64,000 nucleotides of DNA, taken from positions 1-64,000 of IMG/VR virus record IMGVR_UViG_3300017917_003016. One strand, written 5' to 3'. Of this stretch, positions 40,305 through 49,608 are shown one piece after another. This stretch comes from a virus (Duplodnaviria > Caudoviricetes). A program made the position numbers and the translations under genes. The notes beneath the pieces were generated by a model. That model did not search any database. It saw nothing but the letters and a program-made list of their open reading frames with translations, and was not told the DNA's origin. Positions within the stretch are counted from its first letter, which is position 1. Each line of letters begins with the position of its first letter.

Positions 40305-40388
40305 ATTTGAGTCACAAGAATCATGCGAACGTGCTCTTGGCACTATGACTTTTTGGGTTAAATTTCCAGCATTTAAGGTAACAGGAAC

Positions 40389-41396
40389 ATGCACAAAAAA
40401 ATCTTAATCATAACTGATAATCTAAGGGACCAAGTAAATGGCGTTGTCACCACGTTCAAAAATCTTGAGAGTCTGGCTGTTCGTTCTGGTTATAGTCTTG
40501 TTTATATTGATCCCGGGCAGTTCCCTCATATTAATTGCCCTGGTTATCCTGAAGTTAAGTTATCCTGGCCTTGGGGTATTGGAAAAAAGATTGCGGCGGT
40601 GGCTCCGGATCATATACATATCGCTACGGAAGGTCCATTAGGCCTTGCTGCCAGAATCTGGTGCGACCGTAATGGCAAGACCTATAACACCAGTTATCAT
40701 ACTAAATTTCCTGAGTTTTTAGAGCGTTTGTATAATTTTCCTCGTTCTTGGTCCTATTGGTATATGCGTTGGTTTCACAAACATTCGGGGAAGGTTCTTA
40801 CTACCACACAAACTATGGTAAGAGAACTTAAATCACATGGATTCAGTGACAATGTCGTAAGTTGGACACGCGGAGTAGATAAAAAAGTCTTTAGCGATAA
40901 ACTAAGAAGCCCAGAAGTAAATGGTCATCCCATATTGTTAAGTGTTGGTCGTGTTAGCCGAGAAAAAGGTCTTGATGATTTTTGTCAATTAGATGTCCCA
41001 AACGCAACCAAAGTAATTGTAGGTAATGGTCCTTATCGTGCAGAATTAGAGAAAAAATATCCTAATGTAATGTTTGCAGGGTCAAAGTTTGAGCATGAAC
41101 TAGCAGAATATTATGCCAATGCTGATGTATTTGTTTTTACTAGCCGTGTGGACACGTTTGGTATAGTAATGATCGAAAGTCTAAGTTGCGGTACTCCTGT
41201 TGCAGCCTATCCTGTGCCGGGCCCGATAGATATCGTTGAAAACGGTGTTAACGGATACCTGTCTGATGATCTAAATCAAGCCATTCAACAGTGTTTGACC
41301 ATAAGTAGAAAGCAGGTTTATAAATCTAGCCAAAAGTGGACTTGGGAAAATTGTTGGCAGATATTTCATGATAACCTTGTGCCTTCTAAATTTTAA
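40389..41396 (+). CDS. GT4 glycosyltransferase, Agt-like glycolipid synthase
   Basis: ILIITD...QVNGVVTT; HIHIATEGPLG; SVGRVSREKGL; DTFGIVMIESLSCGTPV. Confidence 0.82.
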   Translation: MHKKILIITDNLRDQVNGVVTTFKNLESLAVRSGYSLVYIDPGQFPHINCPGYPEVKLSWPWGIGKKIAAVAPDHIHIATEGPLGLAARIWCDRNGKTYNTSYHTKFPEFLERLYNFPRSWSYWYMRWFHKHSGKVLTTTQTMVRELKSHGFSDNVVSWTRGVDKKVFSDKLRSPEVNGHPILLSVGRVSREKGLDDFCQLDVPNATKVIVGNGPYRAELEKKYPNVMFAGSKFEHELAEYYANADVFVFTSRVDTFGIVMIESLSCGTPVAAYPVPGPIDIVENGVNGYLSDDLNQAIQQCLTISRKQVYKSSQKWTWENCWQIFHDNLVPSKF

Positions 41397-41453
41397 TGAT
41401 TTCCAGTAAAATTTTTGTTTGACCTTAGGCATAAGTAATTACATAGTAATAAG

Positions 41454-41479
41454 ACAAAACCCACTTGCGTGGGTTTTGT
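41454..41479. terminator. Bidirectional-type terminator hairpin
   Basis: ACAAAACCCAC-ttgc-GTGGGTTTTGT. Confidence 0.8.
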
Positions 41480-41490
41480 TGCGATTAAGG

Positions 41491-41559
41491 ATAGTAAATT
41501 TTTTTTATGTTTGTAATAGGAAAAAACAATTAGACTTAAACTCATTATAAGTTTAAACT
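41491..41559 (+). promoter_or_regulatory. OxyR-like site abutting a sigma70 promoter
   Basis: ATAG-N10-TTAT-N7-ATAG-N7-CAAT (41491-41530), then TAGACT-N17-TAAACT (41531-41559). Confidence 0.6.
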
Positions 41560-41580
41560 ATTAAAAGTGTAGGAGATTAT

Positions 41581-41646
41581 ATGTTTGAAATTGTAATCGC
41601 GCTCATAATGGTAGGACTGTTTTGGGCATCATTTGGAAATATTTAA
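41581..41646 (+). CDS. Small hydrophobic leader peptide (21 aa)
   Basis: MFEIVIALIMVGLFWASFGNI; AGGAG RBS; not in the ORF track. Confidence 0.5.
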   Translation: MFEIVIALIMVGLFWASFGNI

Positions 41647-41657
41647 AGGAGAAATCA

Positions 41658-42092
41658 ATGAAACTAGTAGGAACAAAGACAGAGCAGCATCTTAAGGACG
41701 CATTTGCAGGTGAATCAAAGGCTAACCGCCGCTATCTATACTTTGCCAACATGGCTGACATTGTAGGCGCACCAGATGTCGCTAACATCTTTCGACATAC
41801 TGCTGAAGGTGAAACCGGCCACGCCCACGGGCATATGGAATACCTAATCAAGGGTGGTTCAGGCGACCCCGAAACTGGCCTTCCGGCCAATGATATCGTT
41901 CAAGCACTGGAAAGTGCTATTCACGGCGAAACACACGAGTACACTGACATGTATCCGAGCATGGCCCGTGATGCACGTGACGAAGGCTTTGACGAAATCG
42001 CTGATTGGTTTGAAACACTGGCCAAGGCAGAGCGCAGCCATGCTGGCAAATTCCAACGCACTCTTGACGCTTTTGTTAAAGAGAACGCATGA
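41658..42092 (+). CDS. Rubrerythrin (short form without rubredoxin domain)
   Basis: [16 protein letters not shown]; [10 protein letters not shown]; [10 protein letters not shown]; AERSHA diiron ligands; start after AAGGAG. Confidence 0.92.
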   Translation: MKLVGTKTEQHLKDAFAGESKANRRYLYFANMADIVGAPDVANIFRHTAEGETGHAHGHMEYLIKGGSGDPETGLPANDIVQALESAIHGETHEYTDMYPSMARDARDEGFDEIADWFETLAKAERSHAGKFQRTLDAFVKENA

Positions 42093-42679
42093 TGCTAACT
42101 CGCGACGACTTATGGAGTTTAGAAGAATATAGTCAGGTTCGCGAGGAATTCAAACCTGCTGCAGCAGCACATCGCAAACTGCGGCAGGTCAGTATTGGCG
42201 ACCATATGACTATTAGTTTTGAAGATCAGTTTACCGTCAAGTATCAGATTCAAGAAATGCTGTTGATAGAAAAAACTTTTACTGCAGAAGGTATTCAAGA
42301 TGAACTTGACGCATACAATCCTCTAATTCCTACAGGCACCAATCTTAAGGCTACACTGTATATTGAGTACAGTGATCCAACAGAGAGAGCACAGCGCCTC
42401 AAAGATCTTAAACGTGTTGAGGATCGAGTTTTTATAAAAGTCGGTAATTATCAAGCAGTCTATGCCATTGCGGACGAAGATATGGATCGAAGTAATCTGG
42501 ACAAGACTAGCGCAGTACATTTTCTAAGATTTGAACTTACTGAGCCAATGATTACAGCCTTAAGACACGGTGTCAACTTGGATGTTGGAGTGAATCATCC
42601 TGCTTATCCTGTGATTGCAACTGTATCTGATCAAACTCGTGATGCGTTAGTGCAGGATTTTGATAAAGAAATTGCTTGA
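42089..42679 (+). CDS. DUF3501-like protein
   Basis: FE...[13 protein letters not shown]...[13 protein letters not shown]...[12 protein letters not shown]; coupled to rubrerythrin. Confidence 0.8.
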   Translation: MMLTRDDLWSLEEYSQVREEFKPAAAAHRKLRQVSIGDHMTISFEDQFTVKYQIQEMLLIEKTFTAEGIQDELDAYNPLIPTGTNLKATLYIEYSDPTERAQRLKDLKRVEDRVFIKVGNYQAVYAIADEDMDRSNLDKTSAVHFLRFELTEPMITALRHGVNLDVGVNHPAYPVIATVSDQTRDALVQDFDKEIA

Positions 42680-42687
42680 TTTAAATT

Positions 42688-42715
42688 TGTAAAGCCTGCG
42701 CAGGCGGGCTTTACA
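42688..42715. terminator. Bidirectional terminator between convergent genes
   Basis: TGTAAAGCCTGC-gcag-GCGGGCTTTACA. Confidence 0.8.
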
Positions 42716-42726
42716 TTTCTATAAGA

Positions 42727-43464
42727 TTAATTTGTATTAATACGCATTAATCCTAACATAGCGAAAAACCTAACATACCAATACCCTAGATCAAACTCAA
42801 ACCATTTCATGGCTAGATTTAGTCTGTTAGGATTTAAATGATGGTTTGCATGAAGTTCTTCGCCGGCTAGTAAAATGCCAATTGGGAACATATTTACTGC
42901 TTTTCCTGAATTGGGTAGTTTTACATATCTAAATCCCAACTTATGGGTGCCCCAATCTGCAGTTAAAATAACAATATCTGTTATAAAAAATCGATGGATA
43001 GCACCAATTATAAATCCAGATATACCAAACAGCAGAGTATATATTCCCCACAGGATAGTTAACCCTAACGTTGGGTGTTTTTGATAAAATTGTTCAATTT
43101 GGCTAGTGTCCGTTTTTATTTCGGGAGCATAAGTGGCTAAATCTTTAGGACCGATGAATCGAGGTTTGTTCGGGTCATTATGTTTGTAGTCGAGCAATTC
43201 CCTAAGGGATTGTAAATGAGGACTACACGGGTCTTCTTTTTGATCGCTAAATCTATGATGTTTTCGGTGCAAAGCACACAAATGTTGTTGCCAGTTTTGA
43301 TAGGCTAAGCCCATCACTACCCATAAAATAAACCTAAACACTATTGCTAAATTTTTATCAATAACATATTGCTTATGTATAATCGATCGGTGAACTAGTA
43401 GGCTAAATGTTGCCCATAGAAGATGATAACAAAGAAGAAAAAATAATATAGAGTTTATCACCAT
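42727..43464 (-). CDS. Membrane fatty-acid desaturase 2
   Basis: His boxes HRSIIH, HRKHH and GEELHANHH; WFEFDLG; late promoter AATAAATA on the minus strand at 43482-43489. Confidence 0.85.
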   Translation of the reverse strand: MVINSILFFLLCYHLLWATFSLLVHRSIIHKQYVIDKNLAIVFRFILWVVMGLAYQNWQQHLCALHRKHHRFSDQKEDPCSPHLQSLRELLDYKHNDPNKPRFIGPKDLATYAPEIKTDTSQIEQFYQKHPTLGLTILWGIYTLLFGISGFIIGAIHRFFITDIVILTADWGTHKLGFRYVKLPNSGKAVNMFPIGILLAGEELHANHHLNPNRLNLAMKWFEFDLGYWYVRFFAMLGLMRINTN

Positions 43465-43572
43465 TGGATCCAATTGAAAAATATTTATTTTAAAGAAACA
43501 ATTGTTTGTTGACTATTGGAAAATTTTCTGTTAAACTAAAAAAGTTAACACTAACCTAAATAAGGAACAAAC

Positions 43573-43731
43573 ATGTTTGATTCGATTGAAATACGCAAAG
43601 TAGCCAATGGCTTTATTGTAATTCTTAATACAGAAGCCGATTCTCTAGAGTATGTTTTTGACACTAGCCGCAAGGCTATCAAGTTTATTCGTGAATACGT
43701 AGAAGCCAAACATATAAGAGAAACTGTATAA
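43573..43731 (+). CDS. Small hypothetical protein (52 aa)
   Basis: MFDSIEIRKVANGFIVIL...; AAGGA RBS; promoter TTGACT-N17-TAAACT at 43509-43537; not in the ORF track. Confidence 0.65.
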   Translation: MFDSIEIRKVANGFIVILNTEADSLEYVFDTSRKAIKFIREYVEAKHIRETV

Positions 43732-43800
43732 TTTTGCTGACATTTTTTAGCAAAATAAATAGTTTTGTTGCTGTAAATTCAATAAAAACTGGAGAAATCG

Positions 43801-44826
43801 ATGTCAAAAACCGTCTTAGTGACTGGTGGTGCTGGATTCGTTGCACACCATGTCATTGAAAAAATCCTGCGTGAAACCGATTGGAATGTAGTAAGTTTAG
43901 ACCGATTGGACTTTTCCGGAAATCTTAATCGCTTGTGGGACATGGCTCAGGATTTGGATACCACCACTCGTAAGCGCATACGTGTAGTATTCCATGATTT
44001 GCGAGCGGATCTAAACCCGTTGGTACGCCGAGAAATTGGCAAGGTTGACTATGTACTGCATCTGGCTGCAGGTAGTCATGTGGATCGATCAATTGAATAT
44101 CCCATGGAATTTGTTTTAGACAATGTAGTTGGAACCTGTAATGTCCTAAACTATGCTCGTGACCTAGACGGTTTAGAACGATTCATTTATTTCTCAACTG
44201 ATGAAGTATTTGGTCCTGCGCCCGTCGGTGTGGACTACAAAGAGCGAGATCGTTACAACAGTTCTAATCCATATTCTGCCACTAAAGCCGGCGGCGAAGA
44301 ACTAGCCGTGGCTTTTGAAAATACCTATAAGTTGCCGATCTACATCACACATACTATGAATGTGTTTGGTCAAAGACAGCACCCGGAAAAATACATTCCC
44401 ATGTGTATTCGCAAGGTACACGATGGTGATACCATTACTATTCACTCAGACGCTACACGAACAATTCCAGGAAGTCGCCACTATATTCATGCTGCAGATG
44501 TGGCAGATGCTATGTTGTTCTTGTTGAATCTACGGGCAACTTTGGAAGAAGATCACGGCGGAGCCAAATGCCCTAAGTTTAATCTAGTAGGGGCTGAAGA
44601 AATCAATAATCTAGCATTAGCACAGTTAATTGCGGATGTGCAAGGAAAACCACTGCACTATGAAATGGTTGATTTTCACTCAAGCCGGCCTGGGCACGAT
44701 CTGCGCTATAGCCTTAGTGGAGAATACATGAAGAGCCTAGGATGGGTTCCTAGGGTTGCACTTAGCCAACGTATTGGTGAAGTAGTGAATTGGACTTTGG
44801 CCAATGAACGTTGGCTGCGAACTTAA
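43801..44826 (+). CDS. rfbB: dTDP-glucose 4,6-dehydratase-like NDP-sugar dehydratase
   Basis: TGGAGFVA; HLAAGSHVDRSI; STDEVFG; YSATK; HPEKYIP; RPGHDLRY; late promoter at 43754-43761. Confidence 0.9.
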   Translation: MSKTVLVTGGAGFVAHHVIEKILRETDWNVVSLDRLDFSGNLNRLWDMAQDLDTTTRKRIRVVFHDLRADLNPLVRREIGKVDYVLHLAAGSHVDRSIEYPMEFVLDNVVGTCNVLNYARDLDGLERFIYFSTDEVFGPAPVGVDYKERDRYNSSNPYSATKAGGEELAVAFENTYKLPIYITHTMNVFGQRQHPEKYIPMCIRKVHDGDTITIHSDATRTIPGSRHYIHAADVADAMLFLLNLRATLEEDHGGAKCPKFNLVGAEEINNLALAQLIADVQGKPLHYEMVDFHSSRPGHDLRYSLSGEYMKSLGWVPRVALSQRIGEVVNWTLANERWLRT

Positions 44827-44835
44827 AGGACAGAC

Positions 44836-45576
44836 ATGAGCAAGAATATTGTATTTTTAACTTCTGCGGTTTATACTAATTATGGCATTTATAACCCGCA
44901 AGAACGTATTAAGCAAACACTAGAAACAGCACAGAGTGCCAGAAAGTACATTCCTGACTGCAAGATAATTCTTGTGGACAACAGTAAGGTTGACGTGCAA
45001 AATGACGATAGTGCAGAATTTAATGAACTCATCGATACTGTAGATTACTATATCGACAACAGCGACGATAGCGACATTCAGTATTTTCATAACAATGTTG
45101 CAAACTACGATATTGGCAAAAATGCTATGGAAGCCATGGGCCTGCTCAAAGCCCTGACGTTTATCTATAATGACAGCGATATGATGCAGGAAATCAATCA
45201 AGCGTCTCGCATTTTTAAACTCAGTGGCAGATATTCAGTAACTGACAAGTTTGATATTACCAAATTTGATAATCCTTCAACTCAAGACAAGTACGTGTTT
45301 AAAAAGGCTCAGCCAAGTTGGATTAATCCACAAGACACTGGAGTAAATACCTTGCTTCAGACTCGTCTTTGGAGTTTTACGCCAAGCCTGTACCTAGAAA
45401 CCATGCAGATGTATAGTCATATTATTGAAAATATGATTAATTTATTCAATGCAGGCAAGTATATTGACAATGAGCACAGCATGAGCAAGTTTATTCCTCG
45501 CAATAAACTGGTAGAATTAGAAACGGTAGGTCTAATGGGCAACATTGCTCCTAATGGCATGATGATCATCGATTAA
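44836..45576 (+). CDS. Putative glycosyltransferase-like protein
   Basis: IVFLTSAV...RIFKLSGRY pattern; inside the sugar cluster. Confidence 0.45.
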   Translation: MSKNIVFLTSAVYTNYGIYNPQERIKQTLETAQSARKYIPDCKIILVDNSKVDVQNDDSAEFNELIDTVDYYIDNSDDSDIQYFHNNVANYDIGKNAMEAMGLLKALTFIYNDSDMMQEINQASRIFKLSGRYSVTDKFDITKFDNPSTQDKYVFKKAQPSWINPQDTGVNTLLQTRLWSFTPSLYLETMQMYSHIIENMINLFNAGKYIDNEHSMSKFIPRNKLVELETVGLMGNIAPNGMMIID

Positions 45577-46499
45577 TGAAGAATGTACTGTTATTAGGGG
45601 CAAATGGATACATAGGGTCTCGTCTTAAGCAGATCTTAAATTTTGCCCACTGTGTAACTGCAATTGATATTGGTTGGTTTAGTCGTGTTGATGACTGCGT
45701 GGTTTCTGACTACAGACATCTGACTAACAGCGAACTTAAAAAGTTTGATGTAATTATCGTTTTGGCAGGTCACAGTTCAGTAAAAACCTGCGAAGGGCCC
45801 ATGCAAAGTCCATGGTTGAACAATGTGACCAATTTTACAGATCTCTTGGCAAAAACGGACGATCAACTGATAATTTACGCTAGTTCTGCCAGCGTGTACG
45901 GCAATAGTCTGCCGGGACAAAAGCATCGCGAAGAGGTGCAGCGGTTTGTCCCTGTTAATAACTATGATGTTACTAAGTATGTGTTAGATCTGCATGCAGA
46001 AGCGGCCTTGTTGCAGGGACGTAAAATCATAGGTCTTCGATTTGGTACGGTTAACGGTTGGTCATCGATTCTGAGAACCGATGTTATGATCAATGCCATG
46101 TATGAAACTGCAGTGCGCAGCGGTAGCATACAGGTGACCAATAGTCATATCAGTCGAGCCATTCTAGGTATCGAAGATCTTTGCCGAGCCATTGATACTT
46201 GTATCAAAAATCCTGTGCCGGGTATTTACAATCTTGCAAGTTTTAATTTAACAGTCAGTGAAATTGCCAACGCTGTGTCAGACAAGTTAGATGTTCGTTT
46301 GGTTGACAACGGTTTGCTGGGCAATGCCTATGATTTTAGTCTAGACACTCAACTGTTTGAAACTACTTATAATTTCAAATTCAAAGAAACACCCGATAGC
46401 ATACTTCAGAGTTTAGTTGAAAAATATTCAACAGCAAAAACTCAAAGACGTGACCAATATATCTACTATAACTGGACGGAAAAAAATGACATCGAATAA
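45576..46499 (+). CDS. NAD-dependent epimerase/dehydratase (SDR)
   Basis: LLGANGYIGS; YASSASVYG; YDVTK; GLRFGTVNG. Confidence 0.9.
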   Translation: MKNVLLLGANGYIGSRLKQILNFAHCVTAIDIGWFSRVDDCVVSDYRHLTNSELKKFDVIIVLAGHSSVKTCEGPMQSPWLNNVTNFTDLLAKTDDQLIIYASSASVYGNSLPGQKHREEVQRFVPVNNYDVTKYVLDLHAEAALLQGRKIIGLRFGTVNGWSSILRTDVMINAMYETAVRSGSIQVTNSHISRAILGIEDLCRAIDTCIKNPVPGIYNLASFNLTVSEIANAVSDKLDVRLVDNGLLGNAYDFSLDTQLFETTYNFKFKETPDSILQSLVEKYSTAKTQRRDQYIYYNWTEKNDIE

Positions 46500-47706
46500 C
46501 TGTAAAGAACTAACAGAATGCCTGTGCTGTGGTAGCCGCTCTCTAAAAGAAGTACTAGATTTAGGCGAGCAGCCAATGGCCAACAGTTTTATAACATCAC
46601 CTGACGAATCAGAATTGACCTTTCCTCTGCGCCTTAATCTCTGCTCGGGATGTACGCATCTGCAACTTAGCCACGCAGTAAATCCAGATCTATTGTTTAA
46701 AAATTATCTCTATGTCAGCGGTACTAGTCAAACTCTTCGCGACTATTTTGATTGGTTCGCTAATTTTACTTTGCAGTATTTTAAAAATCGTCCTAAAGCA
46801 GTTTTAGATATTGCCTGCAATGACGGTAGTCAATTGAATTCTTATAAGAGTCTTGGTCTCAGAACATTTGGTATTGATCCAGCAGAAAATCTACATAAGA
46901 TCAGTTCTGCCAACCATATGGTTGTCTGCGATTATTTCAGCGACAAACACATTGATGAATTCAAACAACACAAATTAGATATAATTACTGCGCAAAATGT
47001 TTTTGCACACAATAGTTATCCTTTAGATTTTCTTAAGATTTGCAAAGAAATAATGCATGACGAAAGTGTGTTGTTTATTCAAACTAGCCAAGCAGATATG
47101 GTAAAGAACAACGAGTTTGACACCATCTATCATGAGCATCTGAGTTTTTTCAACAGTATGAGTATGAATGCACTAGTAAGTCGCGCTGGCCTGCACTTGG
47201 TTGACATCGTCAAAACCCCTATACACGGCAACAGTTACGTATTTGTTATTCAAAAGAATCCAAGTAATACCGAATTGGTAGACCAGATGCTGCGTAATGA
47301 ACGTGAATTGGGATTACAAAATCTGCAGACCTATAGTGAATATGCAGAAAAGTGTATTAATGTAATTGAAGATCTTAAACAAACGATAATGCACTATCGA
47401 CTGCTGGACTACCATATAATTGGGTATGGTGCTGCTGCAAAAGGTATGACTTTGATTAACTTTGGTGATCTTCATTTAGATTATGTAATCGATGACAATC
47501 CTTTGAAACAAGGAAGATTTTGCCCAGGTAGTCACATACCTGTAGTATCAATTGATATCCTTGACAGCCTGTCTTCAGATGCAAAAGTAGCATTTATACC
47601 ACTAGCATGGAATTTCTTTAGTGAAATTCGAGACAAAATTAAAATCAAAAGAGACAAAACAGAAGATGTTTTTATACGGTATTTCCCTAAAATTAACATA
47701 GAATAA
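46486..47706 (+). CDS. NDP-hexose C-methyltransferase
   Basis: N-terminal CxCC...C Zn site; LDIACNDG; NVFAH; FDTIYHEH; GYGAAAKG; DDNPLKQG. Confidence 0.88.
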   Translation: MTSNNCKELTECLCCGSRSLKEVLDLGEQPMANSFITSPDESELTFPLRLNLCSGCTHLQLSHAVNPDLLFKNYLYVSGTSQTLRDYFDWFANFTLQYFKNRPKAVLDIACNDGSQLNSYKSLGLRTFGIDPAENLHKISSANHMVVCDYFSDKHIDEFKQHKLDIITAQNVFAHNSYPLDFLKICKEIMHDESVLFIQTSQADMVKNNEFDTIYHEHLSFFNSMSMNALVSRAGLHLVDIVKTPIHGNSYVFVIQKNPSNTELVDQMLRNERELGLQNLQTYSEYAEKCINVIEDLKQTIMHYRLLDYHIIGYGAAAKGMTLINFGDLHLDYVIDDNPLKQGRFCPGSHIPVVSIDILDSLSSDAKVAFIPLAWNFFSEIRDKIKIKRDKTEDVFIRYFPKINIE

Positions 47707-48485
47707 TGCGAACACTAATATCTCATTTTTACAATGAAGAATATCTACTACCGTGGTTCCTAAACCACCACAAGCAGATCTTTGATCATGGCATAATGAT
47801 CGACTATCATTCAACTGATCGATCAGTTGAAATAATCAAAGAAATTTGTCCCACGTGGGACATCGTAACTAGTCGTAATAATGATTTCCAGGCCGACATG
47901 ATCGATGTAGAAGTCAATGAAATTGAAAAACAAATCAGTGGTTGGAGAATTTGTTTAAATGTAACTGAGCAGTTGATTGGCGATTATTCTATCCTAGATG
48001 ATCAACCTAGACAATTATTGATACCTAGTGTATTTTTTGTTGATTGTGATAGAGATCGCCATGTTACACATGATTTACCACTTTACGACCAAAAAACACA
48101 TGGATTTATGTTTGGCGATAGTCCGCAAAACTTTTTAGAACGCCGTAGTCGAAGTCTGCACAACATTCCTGTGCACTATCCTGCTCAGAGTACTCCGCAG
48201 TGTATGGCTCCGGGTCGTCACTGGAATTCATACAATACAGACAAACTAGTGACATTTTACTACGGTTGGTGTCCATTTGACGATGGCGGCATAGCACGTA
48301 AACTACAAATACAGACTCAAATACCTTTGATTGACCGTCAACGTGGTTGGGGATTTCATCATATTACCAACAAGGAAACCCTAACCTGGAGATTGGAAAA
48401 TGAATTCGTACCCAGAGCCAGAAATATTGCCAAGGAAATAGAACCTTATGTTACCAAACATAAAAGTCTTACAAATTTATTATAA
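47706..48485 (+). CDS. GT2-like glycosyltransferase
   Basis: HFYNEEYLLPWFLNHH...IMIDYHSTDRS motif. Confidence 0.7.
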   Translation: MRTLISHFYNEEYLLPWFLNHHKQIFDHGIMIDYHSTDRSVEIIKEICPTWDIVTSRNNDFQADMIDVEVNEIEKQISGWRICLNVTEQLIGDYSILDDQPRQLLIPSVFFVDCDRDRHVTHDLPLYDQKTHGFMFGDSPQNFLERRSRSLHNIPVHYPAQSTPQCMAPGRHWNSYNTDKLVTFYYGWCPFDDGGIARKLQIQTQIPLIDRQRGWGFHHITNKETLTWRLENEFVPRARNIAKEIEPYVTKHKSLTNLL

Positions 48486-49284
48486 ACCAGAACTTCGTCA
48501 GCATTGTGACCCGTTGTTTGAACCGTTGGATAATACTGCCAATCCTCGTCCAGATCTGAGAGAGTGGTATAATTGGGATCAGGAACACGAGCGTCTGGTA
48601 TCATCAAACCTAGATTATTGGGGTTTTGTTAGTTGGAAGTTCAAAGAAAAAACCAATCTTACAGGACAACAGGTCTTTGACTGGATACAACAAAACCCCG
48701 GTCATGATGTTTATCTGCTTAATCCTTGTATAATCAATGAGGCTTTATTTTTAAACAGTTGGGAACAAGGAGACCTCTGGCACCCCAACATCAGCGGTAT
48801 AGGTAATAAATTTTTAGAAAAATTAGGTTACAATGATATTGATGTGCGATCTATGGTCTTAGATCGAAACAAGACTGTGTTTGCTAACTATGTTATTGGT
48901 AATCGTAGGTTCTGGACTAAATTTATGGAGTTCAGTCGTAGACTCTTTACAGAAGCGGAAAAAGATAGTATATTTAAAAATGAAGTGTTTGGTGCAGGCG
49001 GCAGCAATTATGCACACGACAAGAGCCTGCCAAATTTTACATTTCTAATAGAACGACTAATTCCTACGTTCTTAGAACTAGAAGGATTCGATAGTATTGG
49101 ATACAGTTATGACAATCCCAATGCAGTTCATGAAAAATACAAGCCCCACTGGGCAGATTTGACTGCAATAAGTGATTTAAAATTGCTCATAAATCGTTAT
49201 GAAAGTGACGAATTATACAGTATTTGGAACTATTTTAGACAAAAAATGCTACAACAAAATCCGGGTATTTTAGGTCTGGAATAA
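48448..49284 (+). CDS. Putative glycosyltransferase-like protein
   Basis: QIYY...LREW...DYWGFVSWKF...FLIERL pattern; cluster context. Confidence 0.45.
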   Translation: MLPNIKVLQIYYKPELRQHCDPLFEPLDNTANPRPDLREWYNWDQEHERLVSSNLDYWGFVSWKFKEKTNLTGQQVFDWIQQNPGHDVYLLNPCIINEALFLNSWEQGDLWHPNISGIGNKFLEKLGYNDIDVRSMVLDRNKTVFANYVIGNRRFWTKFMEFSRRLFTEAEKDSIFKNEVFGAGGSNYAHDKSLPNFTFLIERLIPTFLELEGFDSIGYSYDNPNAVHEKYKPHWADLTAISDLKLLINRYESDELYSIWNYFRQKMLQQNPGILGLE

Positions 49285-49364
49285 TTATCTCTTTTTCTGC
49301 CGATAAAACTACGTATAAAAGTCATATCATCCTTGACTATATACTAAACGTTCGGAGGAAAAGC

Positions 49365-49577
49365 ATGGATAATAACCAAACCGAATCGAGATATTATTGT
49401 GCAGGGAGATATTGCGCAGTGAGGGAACAGTGTCACAGACACACTTCAAGTGTAAAGGTAAATGAAGCAGCATTTGATGACTATGATCTAGTCCATATGA
49501 GAGACGGGGTAATCAAACCTTGTCAATATTTTGTAGACCGCAATCTAGCCACAGGTCTACCGCCGAGAGAAATCTAA
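49365..49577 (+). CDS. Small Cys-containing hypothetical protein
   Basis: 70 aa; GGAGG RBS; YYCAGRYCAVREQC. Confidence 0.6.
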   Translation: MDNNQTESRYYCAGRYCAVREQCHRHTSSVKVNEAAFDDYDLVHMRDGVIKPCQYFVDRNLATGLPPREI

Positions 49578-49608
49578 GCAAGACGTAAAACTAACAGGAG
49601 GGAAAACT

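Noticed and set aside
41419-41479. TTGACC-N17-CATAGT promoter followed at once by a terminator, as a tiny RNA gene
   Set aside because: Weak -10 and only about 30 nt of possible transcript; the hairpin is explained as the terminator of the upstream operon
35338-43473. Host chromosomal DNA or a chimeric join, given rpoZ, ahcY and desaturases
   Set aside because: Phage late promoters occur throughout, the genes are divergent and lack their usual bacterial neighbours (for example gmk/spoT for rpoZ), and phage genes flank both sides. Read mapping would be the final check
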